From Heteronotia binoei (taxonomy: Eukaryota), in NCBI RefSeq assembly GCF_032191835.1, contig NC_083226.1:136896001-136960000 (forward strand): a DNA stretch of 64,000 nucleotides, written 5' to 3'. Below the pieces are notes generated by a model that was not told where the DNA came from, searched no databases, and worked only from the letters and a program-made list of their open reading frames with translations. Both the position numbers and the translations under genes were made by a program. Below, one piece after another: positions 33,812-45,885 of the stretch. Each line of letters starts with the position of its first letter. Positions within the stretch are counted from its first letter, which is position 1.

Positions 33812-36763
33812 GGACCTCTGCTCCATATTTTTATCTAACCCCTTCTTGAAGGTGGCTATGCTTGTGGACGCCACCACCTCCTGTGGCAGTGAATTCCACA
33901 TGTTAATCACCCTTTGGGTGAAGAAGTACTTCCTTTTATCCGTTTTAACCTGTCTGCTCAGCAATTTCATCGAATGCCCACGAGTTCTTGTATTGTGAGA
34001 AAGGGAGAAAAGTACTTCTTTCTCTACTTTCTCCATCCCATGCATTATCTTGTAAACTTCTATCATGTCACCCCTCAGTCGACGTTTCTCCAAGCTAAAG
34101 AGCCCTAAGCGTTTCAACCTTTCTTCATAGGGAAGGTGTTCCAGCCCTTTAATCATTTTAGTTGCCCTTTTCTGAACTTTCTCCAATGCGATAATATCCT
34201 TTTTGAGGTGCGGCGACCAGAACTGCACACAGTACTCCAAATGAGACCGCACCATCGATTTATACAGAGGCATTATGATACTGGCTGATTTGTTTTCAAT
34301 TCCCTTCCTAATAATTCCCAGCATGGCGTTGGCCTTTTTTATTGCAAACGCACACTGTCTTGACATTTTCAGTGAATTATCTACCATGACCCCAAGATCT
34401 CTCTCTTGGTCTGTCTCTGCCAGTTCACACCCCATCAACTTGTATTTGTAGCTGGGATTCTTGGCCCCAATGTGCATTACTTTGCACTTGGCCACATTGA
34501 ACCGCATCTGCCACGTTGACGCCCACTCACCCAGCCTCAACAGATCCCTTTGGAGTGCCTCACAATCCTCTCTGGTTCTCACCACCCTGAACAATTTAGT
34601 GTCATCCGCAAATTTGGCCACTTCACTGCTCACTCCCAACTCTAAATCATTTATGAACAAGTTAAAGAGGATGGGACCCAGTACCGAGCCCTGCGGCACC
34701 CCACTGCTTACCGTCCTCCACTGCGAAGACTGCCCATTTATACTCACTCTCTGCTTCCTATTACTCAGCCAGTTTTTGATCCACAAGAGGACCTGTCCTT
34801 TTACTCCATGACTCTCAAGCTTTCTAAGGAGCCTTTGATGAGGAACTTTATCAAAAGCTTTCTGGAAGTCAAGGTAAACAACATCTATCGGGTCTCCTTT
34901 GTCCACATGTTTGTTCACCCCCTCAAAGAAATGTAACAGGTTAGTGAGGCAAGATCTTCCCTTGCAGAACCCATGCTGAGTCTTCCTCAATAACCCGTGT
35001 TCATCAATGTGCCTACTCATTCTGTCCTTGATAATGGTTTCTACCAACTTTCCCGGTATTGAAGTCAGACTGACTGGCCTGTAATTTCCCGGATCTCCTC
35101 TGGAACCCTTTTTAAAGATGGGGGTGACATTTGCTACCTTCCAGTCCTCAGGAACGGAGGCAGATTTCAATGAAAGATTACAGATTTTTGTTAGAAGATC
35201 CACAAGTTCAACTTTGAGTTCTTTCAGAACTCTCGGATGTATGCCATCCGGACCCGGTGACTTATTAGTTTTTAATTTGTCTATCAGTTGTAGGACCTCC
35301 TCTTTTGTCACCTCAATCTGACTCAGGTCTTTCAACACCCCTTCCAATATTAGTGGTTCTGGGGCGGGCAAACACTTCTCATCTTCCACGGTGAAGACGG
35401 AGGCAAAAAATGCGTTCAGCTTCTCAGCCATTTCCCCATCCTCCTTCAGTAATCCTTTTACCCCATGGTCATCCAAGGGCCCCACTGCTTCCCTGGCTGG
35501 TTTCCTACTTCTAATATATTTGAAGAAATTTTTATTGTTGGTCTTTATGTTTTTTGCAATATGCTCCTCATAGTCCCTTTTTGCCTGCCTGATCACAGTC
35601 TTGCATTTGATTTGCCACTGCCTGTGTTCCCTTTTATTAATCTCACTTGGACTGGTTTTCCACCGCTTAAAGGAGTCCTTCTTACCTTTTACAGCTTCCA
35701 TTACTTTGTTTGTTAACCATGCTGGCCTCTTCTTATACCTGTTTGTGCCTTTCCTAACTTGTGGTATGTATTTTATCTGAGCTTCTAGGATTATAGTTTT
35801 AAGTAGTCTCCAAGCTTCCCCAAGGGTTTTGACCGTATTTACCTTTCCTTTCAGTTTCCTCCTCACATGCCTCCTCATCTCAGAGAATTTACCCCTTTTA
35901 AAGTTAAATGTGGTTGTGGCGGTCTTTTTGGGCAACTCCCTATTTATACAAATGGTGAAATCAATAACATTATGGTCACTGTTCCCAAGTGGCGCAATCA
36001 CTTTTACGTCTCTCACCAAGTCTTGGGCATTACTTAGGACCAGATCCAGGATCGCCCCACCCCTGGTAGGTTCTGAGACCATCTGCTCCATAGCACAGTC
36101 ATTGAGAGCATCAAGAAACTCAATCTCTTTCTCTCGACCAGAACACATATTGACCCAATCAATCTGCGGGTAGTTAAAATCACCTATTACGACACAGTTT
36201 TTACGTTTAGCCGCTATCTTTAATCCCTCCATCATATTATAATCGTCCTCTCTCTTTTGATTTGGTGGGCGATAACAAACTCCCATAGTTAAATTTCCTT
36301 TTGGGCCCTCTATTTCAACCCAAAGCATTTCTAAAAGGGAATCTAATTCTCTGACCTCAGTCTTACTGGACCGTATATCCTCTCTGACATACAGAGCCAC
36401 CCCACCTCCAACCCTTCCCTCCCTATCCTTCCGATATAACTTATATCCAGGAATCACCGTGTCCCACTGATTCTCCTCATTCCACCAAGTTTCTGAAATT
36501 CCCACAATGTCTATGTTTTCTCCCAACACTAAACATTCCAATTCACCAATTTTACTTCGGACACTTCTAGCATTTGCATACAAACATTTATAATTTCCCA
36601 AGCAAGCTAGGCCCGCCACCTCTCTCCTGCCGCCTCGAGACTCTAGCAGACAGTCCATACTGTTTGTCACCATCACAGTGGACAACTCTGATCCGTTACT
36701 CGGTAGAAAAATAGAAGCCAACCCTTCATCTCTTTGAGACGAGTCCTCCCGAACCAGAGACAT
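33812..36763 (-). CDS. CR1 ORF2p (APE endonuclease plus reverse transcriptase); last few codons lie in the N gap
   Basis: LYANARS, ISETWW, GDFNYP and SDHN (APE); YLDFQKAFDKV, GVPQGSVLGP and KFADDTKL (RT). Open to KNMEQRS; sister copies end ISGY*. Confidence 0.93.
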
Positions 36764-36792
36764 TCCATCTCCTGTCGGCTTTCCCCCAAGAT

Positions 36793-37701
36793 TTAGTTTA
36801 AAAACTGCTCTGCCACCTTTTTGATTTTAAGCGCCAGCAGCCTGGTTCCATCCGGAGACAAGTGGAGACCGTCTCTTTTGTACAGCTCCGGCTTGTTCCA
36901 GAAAGCATCCCAGTGCCTAACAAACTTAAACCCTTCCTCCTTACACCATCGTCTCATCCACACATTGAGACTTCTAATTTGCGCCTGTCTCTCCTGCCCT
37001 GCACGTGGAACAGGTAGTACTTCCGAGAAGGCCACCTTGGAGGTCCTGGCCTTAAGTCTCCCACCTAGCAGCCTAAATTTCTCCTCCAGGACCTCAAGAC
37101 TGCATTTCCCCACATCGTTGGTGCCAACATGCACCATGACCACAGGCTCCTCCCCAGCACTGTCTATCAGCCTATCTACTACACGCGTAATGTCCGCTAC
37201 CTTCGCACCAGGCAGGCAAGTCACCATACGGTCAATACGCGGTTTCGCCACCCAGCTGTCTACTTGCCTAAGGATCGAATCACCAACTACCAAGACCCCC
37301 CCTCTCCCCCTGCCCAGGGATGGTTCCTTGGCGCGAAAGGATACCCGCTCACCAACCGAAGAAGAGGTCCCTTCTGAGGGCGCATTCCCCTTATCCTTAG
37401 CAAGGTGCCCTGTTCCCTCTAGACCCTCACGCTCTCTGGCAGCAACGGGGCTGCCACATTCAGAGTGGGGCTCATCTAATACGCCCCCAAGAGTCTTCCC
37501 CAATTGCCTAACTGACCGTCTCTGCTTCTCCAGGGCAGTCACCTCGGCCTCAAGGGTACGAACTCGTTCCCTGAGGACCAGGAGCTCCTTGCATCGAGCA
37601 CACACCCAAGACTTCTGTCCTGTGGGCAGATAGTCATACATGTGACACTCAGTGCAAAACACTGGAAAGCCCCCACCCCCCTGCTGGCATTCTACCTTCA
37701 T
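36793..37701 (-). CDS. CR1 ORF1p (zinc finger, coiled coil, SGNH esterase), 302 aa
   Basis: FCTECHMY...CARC zinc finger; LRERVRTLEAEV coiled coil; VVGDSILR, HVGTNDV and RDGLHLS esterase blocks. No stops. Confidence 0.93.
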   Translation of the reverse strand: MKVECQQGGGGFPVFCTECHMYDYLPTGQKSWVCARCKELLVLRERVRTLEAEVTALEKQRRSVRQLGKTLGGVLDEPHSECGSPVAAREREGLEGTGHLAKDKGNAPSEGTSSSVGERVSFRAKEPSLGRGRGGVLVVGDSILRQVDSWVAKPRIDRMVTCLPGAKVADITRVVDRLIDSAGEEPVVMVHVGTNDVGKCSLEVLEEKFRLLGGRLKARTSKVAFSEVLPVPRAGQERQAQIRSLNVWMRRWCKEEGFKFVRHWDAFWNKPELYKRDGLHLSPDGTRLLALKIKKVAEQFLN

Positions 37702-37897
37702 GATAAATATATTAAATATACAGTCCTCTTTAAATGCTGTTGTTTACGTGGCTCCCCTTCTGGAAGGTCAACTTACCTTATTGGGAGAACAAGGAAATCA
37801 GGGATCTGGGTTCCTGGTCCTTAGGAAGCCCCCAGGCAAAGAGCCACAGGCCAAGAGCCCTTTAGCTCTCGCCCTTCGGCTCGCGCCAAAGGCTCGC

Positions 37898-38479
37898 GCC
37901 TTTGGCAAGGCGCAGCTTAAAATGCAAAGAGGGTGGAGCAGACCACTCCTAAGCAATCATCAACAATTACTCTCAATCAATCAATCAATCACTTTCACCT
38001 TTAGCCCACTCACCCAAACGTACAGCAGTTCCCCAGCTATCACAACTCAGCCTTTTCAGCAGTCACCCAAGCCTCAGAATGAAGTCTTTCAAAACGCAGA
38101 AATTCTTAGCAACTTCTCCAGCTGTCTCAGCTTATCAGAGCTGCTCTGCGCTGTTCTGTTCCTCTCAGGCCTCTCTGAGATGTGCTCAGCCTTTGGCAAG
38201 GCGCAGCTTAAAATGCAAAGAGGGTGGAGCAGACCACTCCTAAGCAATCATCAACAATTACTCTCAATCAATCAATCAATCACTTTCACCTTTAGCCCAC
38301 TCACCCAAACGTACAGCAGTTCCCCAGCTATCACAACTCAGCCTTTTCAGCAGTCACCCAAGCCTCAGAATGAAGTCTTTCAAAACGCAGAAATTCTTAG
38401 CAACTTCTCCAGCTGTCTCAGCTTATCAGAGCTGCTCTGCTCTGTTCTGTTCCTCTCAGGCCTCTCTGAGATGTGCCTC
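37898..38479. repeat. 291-bp tandem duplication in the CR1 5' UTR
   Basis: GCCTTTGGCAAGG starts at 37898 and again at 38189. I see one internal substitution (CTGCGCTG vs CTGCTCTG). Confidence 0.95.
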
Positions 38480-38524
38480 AGGCCTCTCTGAGATGTGCCA
38501 TCGGTGCGATAGCCATCGGTGCGA

Positions 38525-38602
38525 GGCTGCCATCGGTGCGATAGCGGATGTAGACACCATCGTCATCATCTAAATCTACTGCGGCTCTTTGAAGCATCAT
38601 GC
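38525..38602 (-). mobile_element. BovB-like RTE LINE, 5' stub of the same element
   Basis: Minus strand MMLQRAAVDLDDDDGVYIRYRTDGS joins in frame to LFNLRRL at 33603 once the CR1 is removed. Confidence 0.85.
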
Positions 38603-38635
38603 TAAATGTAGCAGAATGGAGTCCTGGAACTTCTT

Positions 38636-39517
38636 GGTGTTTTAACAATTTATTAATAACATATGGTTACAATATTTAATTGTCTCTTTTCTATACTAAC
38701 CCATATGATATTTCAACCCCCCCTCCCTCCAGTATTTGACTTCCCCGAAGTTATAAATTTAAATTCAATTATAAAGGTACCGCTAACCAAAGTTCAATAT
38801 TTTTCTTCTCTCATTAATACTAAAAAATTGTCCAATGTCTTTTTACATTCCACTCTTTCTCCATATATCCTTTAAATTTCTTCCACTCCTTTTTGAATAT
38901 GTCTAAATCATAGTCTCTTAAAGTTTTAGTTAATTTGTCCATCTCACTTCACAATAAAACTTTCACAATCCAATCCCATTTCTCTGGTATTTTCCTCTGT
39001 TTCCACAGCTGCGCATACAATGTCCTAGCAGCTGAGAGCAAATACCAAATTAAAGTCCTGTCTTCCTTTGGAAATTTTTCTAATTGTAATCCAAGCAAAA
39101 AAGTCTCTGCAGTTTTCTTAAAGTCATAACCCAAAATTTTGGAGATTTCTTGTATCATCTTCCAAAATTCTTTCGCTTTTTCACAAGTCCACCACATGTG
39201 AAAAAGGAACCTTCGTGTTTTCTACATTTCCAACATCTATCCGACATCTTTTTGCTCATCCTAGCCAGCTTTTTCGGAGTCATATACCACCTATATATCA
39301 TCTTAAAACAGTTCTCTTTAATACTCTGACAAGTTGAGATCTTCATCGAGTTCTTCCAAAGGTGCTCCCACGTATCCATTTGTATTTCTCTATTCACATT
39401 GATTGCCCATTTGACCATTTGAGACTTTACTACTTCTTCTTCTGTAGACCATTTCAATAATAATTTATATACTTTCGATATTAATTTTTCATTATCTCCA
39501 AGCAGGACCCTTTCCAG
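38636..39517 (-). mobile_element. 5'-truncated L1 insertion with a 19-bp TSD
   Basis: KWSTEEEVVKSQMVKWAIN...CFKMIYRWYMTP...CWKC and HMWWTCEKAKEFW. TSD TGGAGTCCTGGAACTTCTT at 38617-38635 and 39518-39536. Confidence 0.93.
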
Positions 39518-39587
39518 TGGAGTCCTGGAACTTCTTCAGGGAAACAAAATTCTCAAAAAATGTTTAAAAGTTCATGAGTGGCATGCG

Positions 39588-40364
39588 TTTGCCCCCCAAG
39601 GTTGGAATAAAGAGTCAGACATAATGCTTTGGTATAAAATTGGGCCACTTTATTAAATTTCAATATAAACGGCAAAGGCACCCAACCAGTGGCCTGGCCA
39701 GGGCTAGGGGTCACCGCGACCGCTCCCCTGCCATTAGCGGGCGAGAGACCCAGCCCCCCAGCCAGAGCTGTGTGACTCAGCTCCCGCCAGGCAGGCCCAG
39801 CGGGGAGGCACACACCAGAGGGCCCAAACCCAGACGCACATCTCGATGGAAGGCACCCTCTAGCCGAGCCTCCAGGACAGTCTGCATTCTCCAAACCCCG
39901 GGTCTCCAAACCCCAAGGTTGATCCTGCCAGACCCCTAATTCCCCAAAAGGGGGATGCTTCACAGTCCTCCCCTAGCCGCATAGTGCCCTAAACCCCAAA
40001 AACCTGCCAACTAAAGTGACCACCTATTTAAACAGCACCTCCTGATAGCCAAATCCACAATCCACTGTACTGCTATGCAGGGCAGGCAAAAAACACACCC
40101 CAGCAACAGCCAATCAGCTGGGGTGCAAAAAATTCCTACCCAGCCCCCCAAATGAGGCAACCAGCAAATGCCTACATAACAGACAGGGCGGGCGGGAGGG
40201 CCGATCTTCCCCAGGACTGACACCAAGGAGCGGGAGTCTGGCTGTTAAAACAGCCAGACACCGCTCCTTACATTGCGCGCCGAAATGGCCGCCCCCTGAC
40301 TCTTTCCAGCCAGGGAGGCAAACCGGGCTAACGCAGCCTAGCAGCTACGCTGCAGGCTGCAAGC
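39588..40364 (-). mobile_element. Non-coding solo derivative of the Ngaro element
   Basis: 39588-40009 matches 14540-14963, and 40274-40364 matches 21374-21464. A ~265-bp spacer lies between. No ORFs. Confidence 0.85.
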
Positions 40365-41199
40365 CCCAGATTCTCCATTTCCCTCTTGAGAGTTTCAGCA
40401 CCTCTTTTCCCAGAAAACAAGTCCTATTTCTTAGTATCTTTCCCTGCTGGTGGTCATGACTTGATCCAAACCAGTTAATTCTAGTTTCAAGGTCACTTAT
40501 TCTTACAATCACAGCACATTGCACCTAACCTACATGACTTCACCATTCTAATATATCTCTACTCTGTGCCATTTATACTTCTACAAAGAGATGTTCAACT
40601 ACATGCTATCGCTCCTTTGTCCCAATCATTAGTGGAACTTGAAAACTTGTTTTGTATCCGACACCTCCACTTCAGTTGACAGCACACCCTGTACTCCATT
40701 TTTAAGTCTTCAATGGCAGACTTGGGGCTTTGTCACCATGACCCGGAATAACATTCTTTCTTCCTCCCCTCCTTCAGCCTGATGATCAGTTCTAAGAACT
40801 TGAAATTTGCACAGTTTTGTGCTATTTTGTTTGGTCCTAATAAAAGATATTATATGACTCTTGTGTTTAAAAGCAATATCTGTTCATCTCTTAACATCCA
40901 TGTTGACATACAAACATCATAAGGAACAATTAATGAGGGGACGCTGTAGAAATTTATAAAATTATTCCTGGTGTTCAAAATGGTAATTCCTCTAGAATTC
41001 AGGCCATTCAAAGAAATTGATTGGCTGTAGATTCAAAGTAGCCAAAAAGCACTTCTATACATTATGCATGAATTGTTCAGGGACAAGAAAAGTCCTCCAG
41101 CAAGGAGTACAGTTGATATGGTTTTTTTTTAATGGCAGGGGATGGGGTGCATTATTTAATCTGTGTTGAGAGGCATTTAATCAAAAGGTGGGTATACAC

Positions 41200-41330
41200 C
41201 CTGACCAAGCTAGCTTAGGCAAGCCTGATGTTATCAGATCTCAGAAGCTAAGCAAGGTCAACTATGAAAAGTACTTGGATGGAAGACCTCCTTGGAATAC
41301 CAGAAGTTGGGAGGGCAGGGGCAGACTTTA
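41200..41330 (+). mobile_element. 5S-derived SINE head
   Basis: GCCTGATGTTATCAGATCTCAGAAGCTAAGCAAGGTC...TACTTGGATGGAAGACC..TTGGAATACC. Confidence 0.6.
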
Positions 41331-41893
41331 TTCAGTCACCTCCCTGAATATCCTCTAAGCCCCCAGCAGGGGCCTGTCACCAGAAGTCACCATGACTTCC
41401 AGGTGCACACTAAAAAATACAAAAAACAAATCCCCCAAAAAGTTGATATACAATAACCTAAATAGTCACTGTTTTCAGTAGGTTTCAGAAAGACAGATGT
41501 AATAAAAATTATTAGCTATAATAGCTAATACAATCACAGCATTTCAAGGCAGTATGCCTCTGATGACCATGAAGAAAGTTTCAGATGGCCATGTTGACCT
41601 ACAGTAGAACAAATAGATTTGAGTCCAGGAACACCGTGGAGAACAACCCTGTAAAGAGATTTAGCTGAGAGGTTGTAATTTGCCTACAACAACCTAGTGA
41701 CATTCATAACTGACTCAGGATATGAACTTAGGTTTTTGGTCACCAGGCTCAACACTTTAGTCATTGACCCACATTTGCTTCAAAATGGCTGAGGCGTCAT
41801 CATGTGGTGACAATATTAATGTGCCTTTCAGCCAGCTAAAGACTTTTATTTTGCAACTTGAGGGACTATCATTACTTGAGAAACTCCTTGTCC

Positions 41894-42408
41894 TAGGGTT
41901 GCCAAGTCCAATTCAAGAAATATCTGGGGACTTTGGGGGTGGAGCCAGGAGACTTTGGGGCGGAGCCAAGATCAAGGCTGTGACAAGCATAACTGAACTC
42001 CAAAGGGAGCTCTGGCCCTCACATTTAAAGGGACGGCACACCTTTTCAATGCCTTCTTTCCATAGGAAATAATGAATAGGGGCACCTTCTTTTGGGACTC
42101 ATAGACTTGGACCTCTTGGTCCAATCTTTTTGAAACTTGTAGGGTATTTTAGGGAGAGGCACTAGATGCTGTATTGAAAATTTGGTGCCTCTACCCCAAA
42201 AAACAGCACCCCCCCCCCAGAGCCCCAGATACCCACGGATCAATTCTCCATGATTTTCTATGGGAATAAATCTCCATAGGGAATAATAGAGTTCCCAGAA
42301 GACATTTCCCTCCCCTCCCCCCGCCCCCGCTTTCTGACGACCCTGAAGCAGGGGGAGGGTCTCCAAACCGAGGGATCCCCTGCCCCCACCTGGGGATTGG
42401 CAACCCTG
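41894..42408. mobile_element. hAT MITE, close relative of 20006-20538
   Basis: TAGGGTTGCCAA...TTGGCAACCCTG. Flanks CCTTGTCC/TCTTGTCC (7/8). Confidence 0.9.
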
Positions 42409-43662
42409 TCTTGTCCTGAGGCTTGGTGGAAAGAGAGTACAGGCAAAAAGTTTTATGGTCTTGAATTTGCAGAGCGGCTTCATGAAAGGCATTTTCTTCT
42501 AACCATATTGTGGCCTATTTCATTGAAACCCAGCTACAACTTTTCTTTTCCAGTTTCTGTCTCTGTTTGAAGAAAGTGGTAAGCACAACAAACAAGGAAC
42601 ACCATGGTTTCCAAAGGACTGTGCATATCTTAGCAAGAGATACATACCAGCTGTAGTTTCAGGACTACAGCTTTGTGTGTTGTTATTACACAACAGCTTT
42701 TTTAACGCTGAATGAATTACTGAGAGAAAAAGAATGACGGCCAAAGTATATGATGCTCCAAGATGGGATAATTTTGACAGTGAATGGGAATAGAATTCTT
42801 AACTCTCCTCTCACCAGTTGGTTTCCCCAAACACCCCCACTCAAACCCCTACTTTTGCTACTGTGGTATTCCAGACAAATGTATGTGAGTTCAATAGTTT
42901 GTGAGACTGGTCGGTATGCAGCTCTGTGTCTGGGGAGAGGTGTTTCTAAGCTCCCGCCCCCCCCCCCCATTGTATAAGCTGCCATTACAGTGCACGCAAG
43001 CACAACACACACACCATTCATGCCAGAACATTGTGTAATGGGAAGGGAAAATGATAACACAGGAAGATTAGGATTGCCAGGTCCTCTCAGGCCACCACCA
43101 AGGGTTGGGATGGGAGACAGGGCTGCCAGATCCAAGTTGGGAAATTCATGGGGATTAGGGGATGGAACCTGGGGAGGACAGGAACTTCAGTGGGGTACAG
43201 TGTCATAGAGTCCACCCTCCAAGGCATCCATTTTCTTCAGGAGAAGTGACCTCTGAAGTCAGGAAATGAGCTGTAATTCCAGGGGATCCCCAGGTCCCAC
43301 CTGGAGGCTAGCACCCATATAAAAGGTTGCCATCCATAGGGAAGATGATCATTATTTTCTATTTATTTTAATTTTTTAAAAAATATATCTTGTGTGGCTG
43401 CTTATTGAACTCCACATGACCAGCAGCAAAGAAACTTAATTTCCTTTTCCACATTTTTTTCTATAACACAAAACAAGTCTGACTGCAAGCTAGAATGGTA
43501 GGGAAGACAGCTTAAGATAAGTATTCCCTTTCTTCCCATCCCATCTCTGAGGTGATGCCTATCTTTTCTCTTTTTGATCCTACCTGAGGATACTTTGGAA
43601 GACGAAGGGAGGAGAAGACTTATTTACAAATATAATTTGCCCCGAAGATAATGACAGTTAAG

Positions 43663-43767
43663 CAGGGCTTTTTTGAGCAGGGATGCAGTTCTGGCTGACT
43701 TGGTGTCAGGGGGGTGGCCTAATATGCAAATGAGTTCATGCTGGGCTTTTTCTACAAAAAAGCCCTG
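43663..43767. mobile_element. Small hAT MITE carrying an octamer motif
   Basis: TIR CAGGGCTTTTTT/AAAAAAGCCCTG. Perfect TSD CAGTTAAG. ATGCAAAT at 43724-43731. Confidence 0.9.
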
Positions 43768-44294
43768 CAGTTAAGGAAATATGCTTAAATTATTTAATAT
43801 GCAAGGAATGCAATTTTGTGTTGAAAGTAATAGGTGTGGTTTTTTTGTAATCAATATAATCAAATAATTTTAAAACAAACCTAAGCAATTTATATGGAAA
43901 TGGATTTCTTAACTTTTGGAACTTAAGAATGCTGTTACATGTTTGTAGCATAATTGCACTGCTTAATCTCCATAGGCTACAGAAAGTGGGACATTACGTG
44001 ACTGGGTAAGCTTTCGGATAATAGCAGCAGATGTACAAGTGAAACAGAGAATGTTGTTTAACAAACTGTAAACCAAGCTAATGAGTCACCAGTCGTCTGT
44101 TACCTAGTTATTACTAAAAATAGGAATGATGGTTATATTAGTCATTCTAAAGAATGATTGAAGTGATAGTTTGTAATGACAGGCAAAAGGTAACCTCTGA
44201 GTAATTTGCTGCTGTTCTTTAATTTATTGCCTGAATTTCCTACTGGCCATTGTGGTGTAGGGGTTAGATTATTGGACTAGGGCTGAGGAGTCAG

Positions 44295-44520
44295 TGTGAT
44301 GCAGTGGTTAAAAGCAGTGAAGTAATCTGGAGAACCAGGTTTGATTCCCCACTCCTCCTCCACATGAATCCTGCTGAGTGACCTTGAGCCAGTCATAGTT
44401 CTCTTAGAATACTTTCAGCCCCATCTCCCTCACAAGGTGCCTGTTGTAGGGAGAGAAAGGGAAGATGATTGTAAGCTGTTTTGAGACTCCTTAGAAAAGA
44501 TAAAAGTAGACTATAAAAAC
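44295..44520 (+). mobile_element. tRNA-headed squamate SINE
   Basis: A-box-like GTGTGATGCAGTGG and B-box-like GGTTTGATTCCCC, a GTGACCTTGAGCCAGTCA core, and an A-rich tail. Confidence 0.7.
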
Positions 44521-45789
44521 CAAATCTTCCTACTGAATGACTCTAGATCAATCATTCTTCCTTCACCCATGCCACCTCAAAGGGTTGTTGTAAGAATAAA
44601 AAGGAGGAGGGAGAAACCATGTTTGCTTTCCTGAACTCCTTTGGATTTGAGTTTTTACAAGGTTTTCAGGGACATTCTTGCTTTATTGACCCATATAAAG
44701 TTTTTAAAAATTTCTGCCACTTGTTTATTACTCATTGTGTGCAAAGCTCATATATCTTTTGTTGCACATTCACTTTATTTAATAGCAATGTTGCAAGTGC
44801 AAAATAACAAAAGGATCAAAACAGTTTTTTAAAGTTTGAAATAAAGAGCAGAAACATATGAGTAGGAAAAGGCACAGAACTACCGAAACTCAGTATAATA
44901 ATGTTGACTGAAAGAATCAGACTCTTCAGTACAATTTTTCAGCCATCAGTATCTAGAGAGGGAGCAAATCAAACCACTTTACATATTTATAACTGTAAAC
45001 GGTTGCTTCAAGGTAAATTAACTGAAAACACATCAAAAATATAGGACATAATACCTTTTCTGCTGTTTTTTTGTTTTGTTGTGGTGGTGGTGGTTCATGG
45101 AAAATATATCCCCAGAACACAAAAGGCGTATTTTTTAAAAATCTGAGAAACCAATGGACTTCTCAGTACACTGGCTGATCAGGAAGGGGGTCTCATCCAT
45201 TCATCTTCTTTAAGCAGGAGGTAACAAAAGCATGCAAGATCTCCTCCGTCACCCAATAATGATTTGATTCTATGGAGGATGGCTGTTCATGCGTAACCTA
45301 GAACATGGATAATACCTTTGTGAAGTACGGTACACGTACAACTCATTTCAGTCAGAATAATGTTAATCTGAACATGAGGGCTGAAGGGAAGTAAATATGG
45401 GTGTATATGTGAATAATGCAATATTGTTATACAATATTGGAATACATCAGCTGGTCCCTAAAACAAAAAAAGCAGCGCAAAGGATTAATGGCATATACAA
45501 TGGCACTGACACCTTTCAACTCTGCTTTAGAACTCCATTATATACTTTTGTACTATGGGCAATGTGAAGAAACTTTTAAGAAGCTGATTTGTTGTATTGT
45601 TAGCAGTCAGACCCCTCCTCTCACAGAGGGGCACTTTATAGCTTAGAGAGGCAGAAACACCCTCCTTAATTTTAAAAAAACCTTCCCCGAACTAATTAGG
45701 AGACTGCCTCTTTGGTTAACAGAATGTTTTCACTTCCTTTAAATTAGTCTGTTTTTTAAACTCCAGGTTGAGTTAATCATCACCTTACT

Positions 45790-45885
45790 CAGGGCTTTTC
45801 TTGTAGAAAACGCCCAGCAGGAACTATTTGCATATTATGCCACACCCCTTGACACAAACTGTGTTCCCACTCAAAAAAAGCCCTG
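45790..45885. mobile_element. Small hAT MITE (same family as 43663-43767, inverted)
   Basis: TIR CAGGGCTTTT/AAAAGCCCTG. Perfect TSD ACCTTACT. ATTTGCAT at 45826-45833. Confidence 0.9.

Larger units (their letters stand above)
33604..38495 (-). mobile_element. Apparently full-length CR1 LINE
   Basis: 5' UTR, open ORF1 and ORF2, and an (ATAAGAAC)n tail on the + strand at 33601-33636. The N gap lies in the 3' end. Confidence 0.95.

Noticed and set aside
36821-37633. 270-aa ORF antisense to CR1 ORF1, and the short + ORFs opposite ORF2
   Set aside because: Shadow frames of a coding sequence.
41200-41330. 5S rRNA-like sequences (also ~2370, ~6400, ~8220) and tRNA-like heads (~44300)
   Set aside because: Degenerate, partial and fused to SINE bodies; not functional rRNA/tRNA genes.
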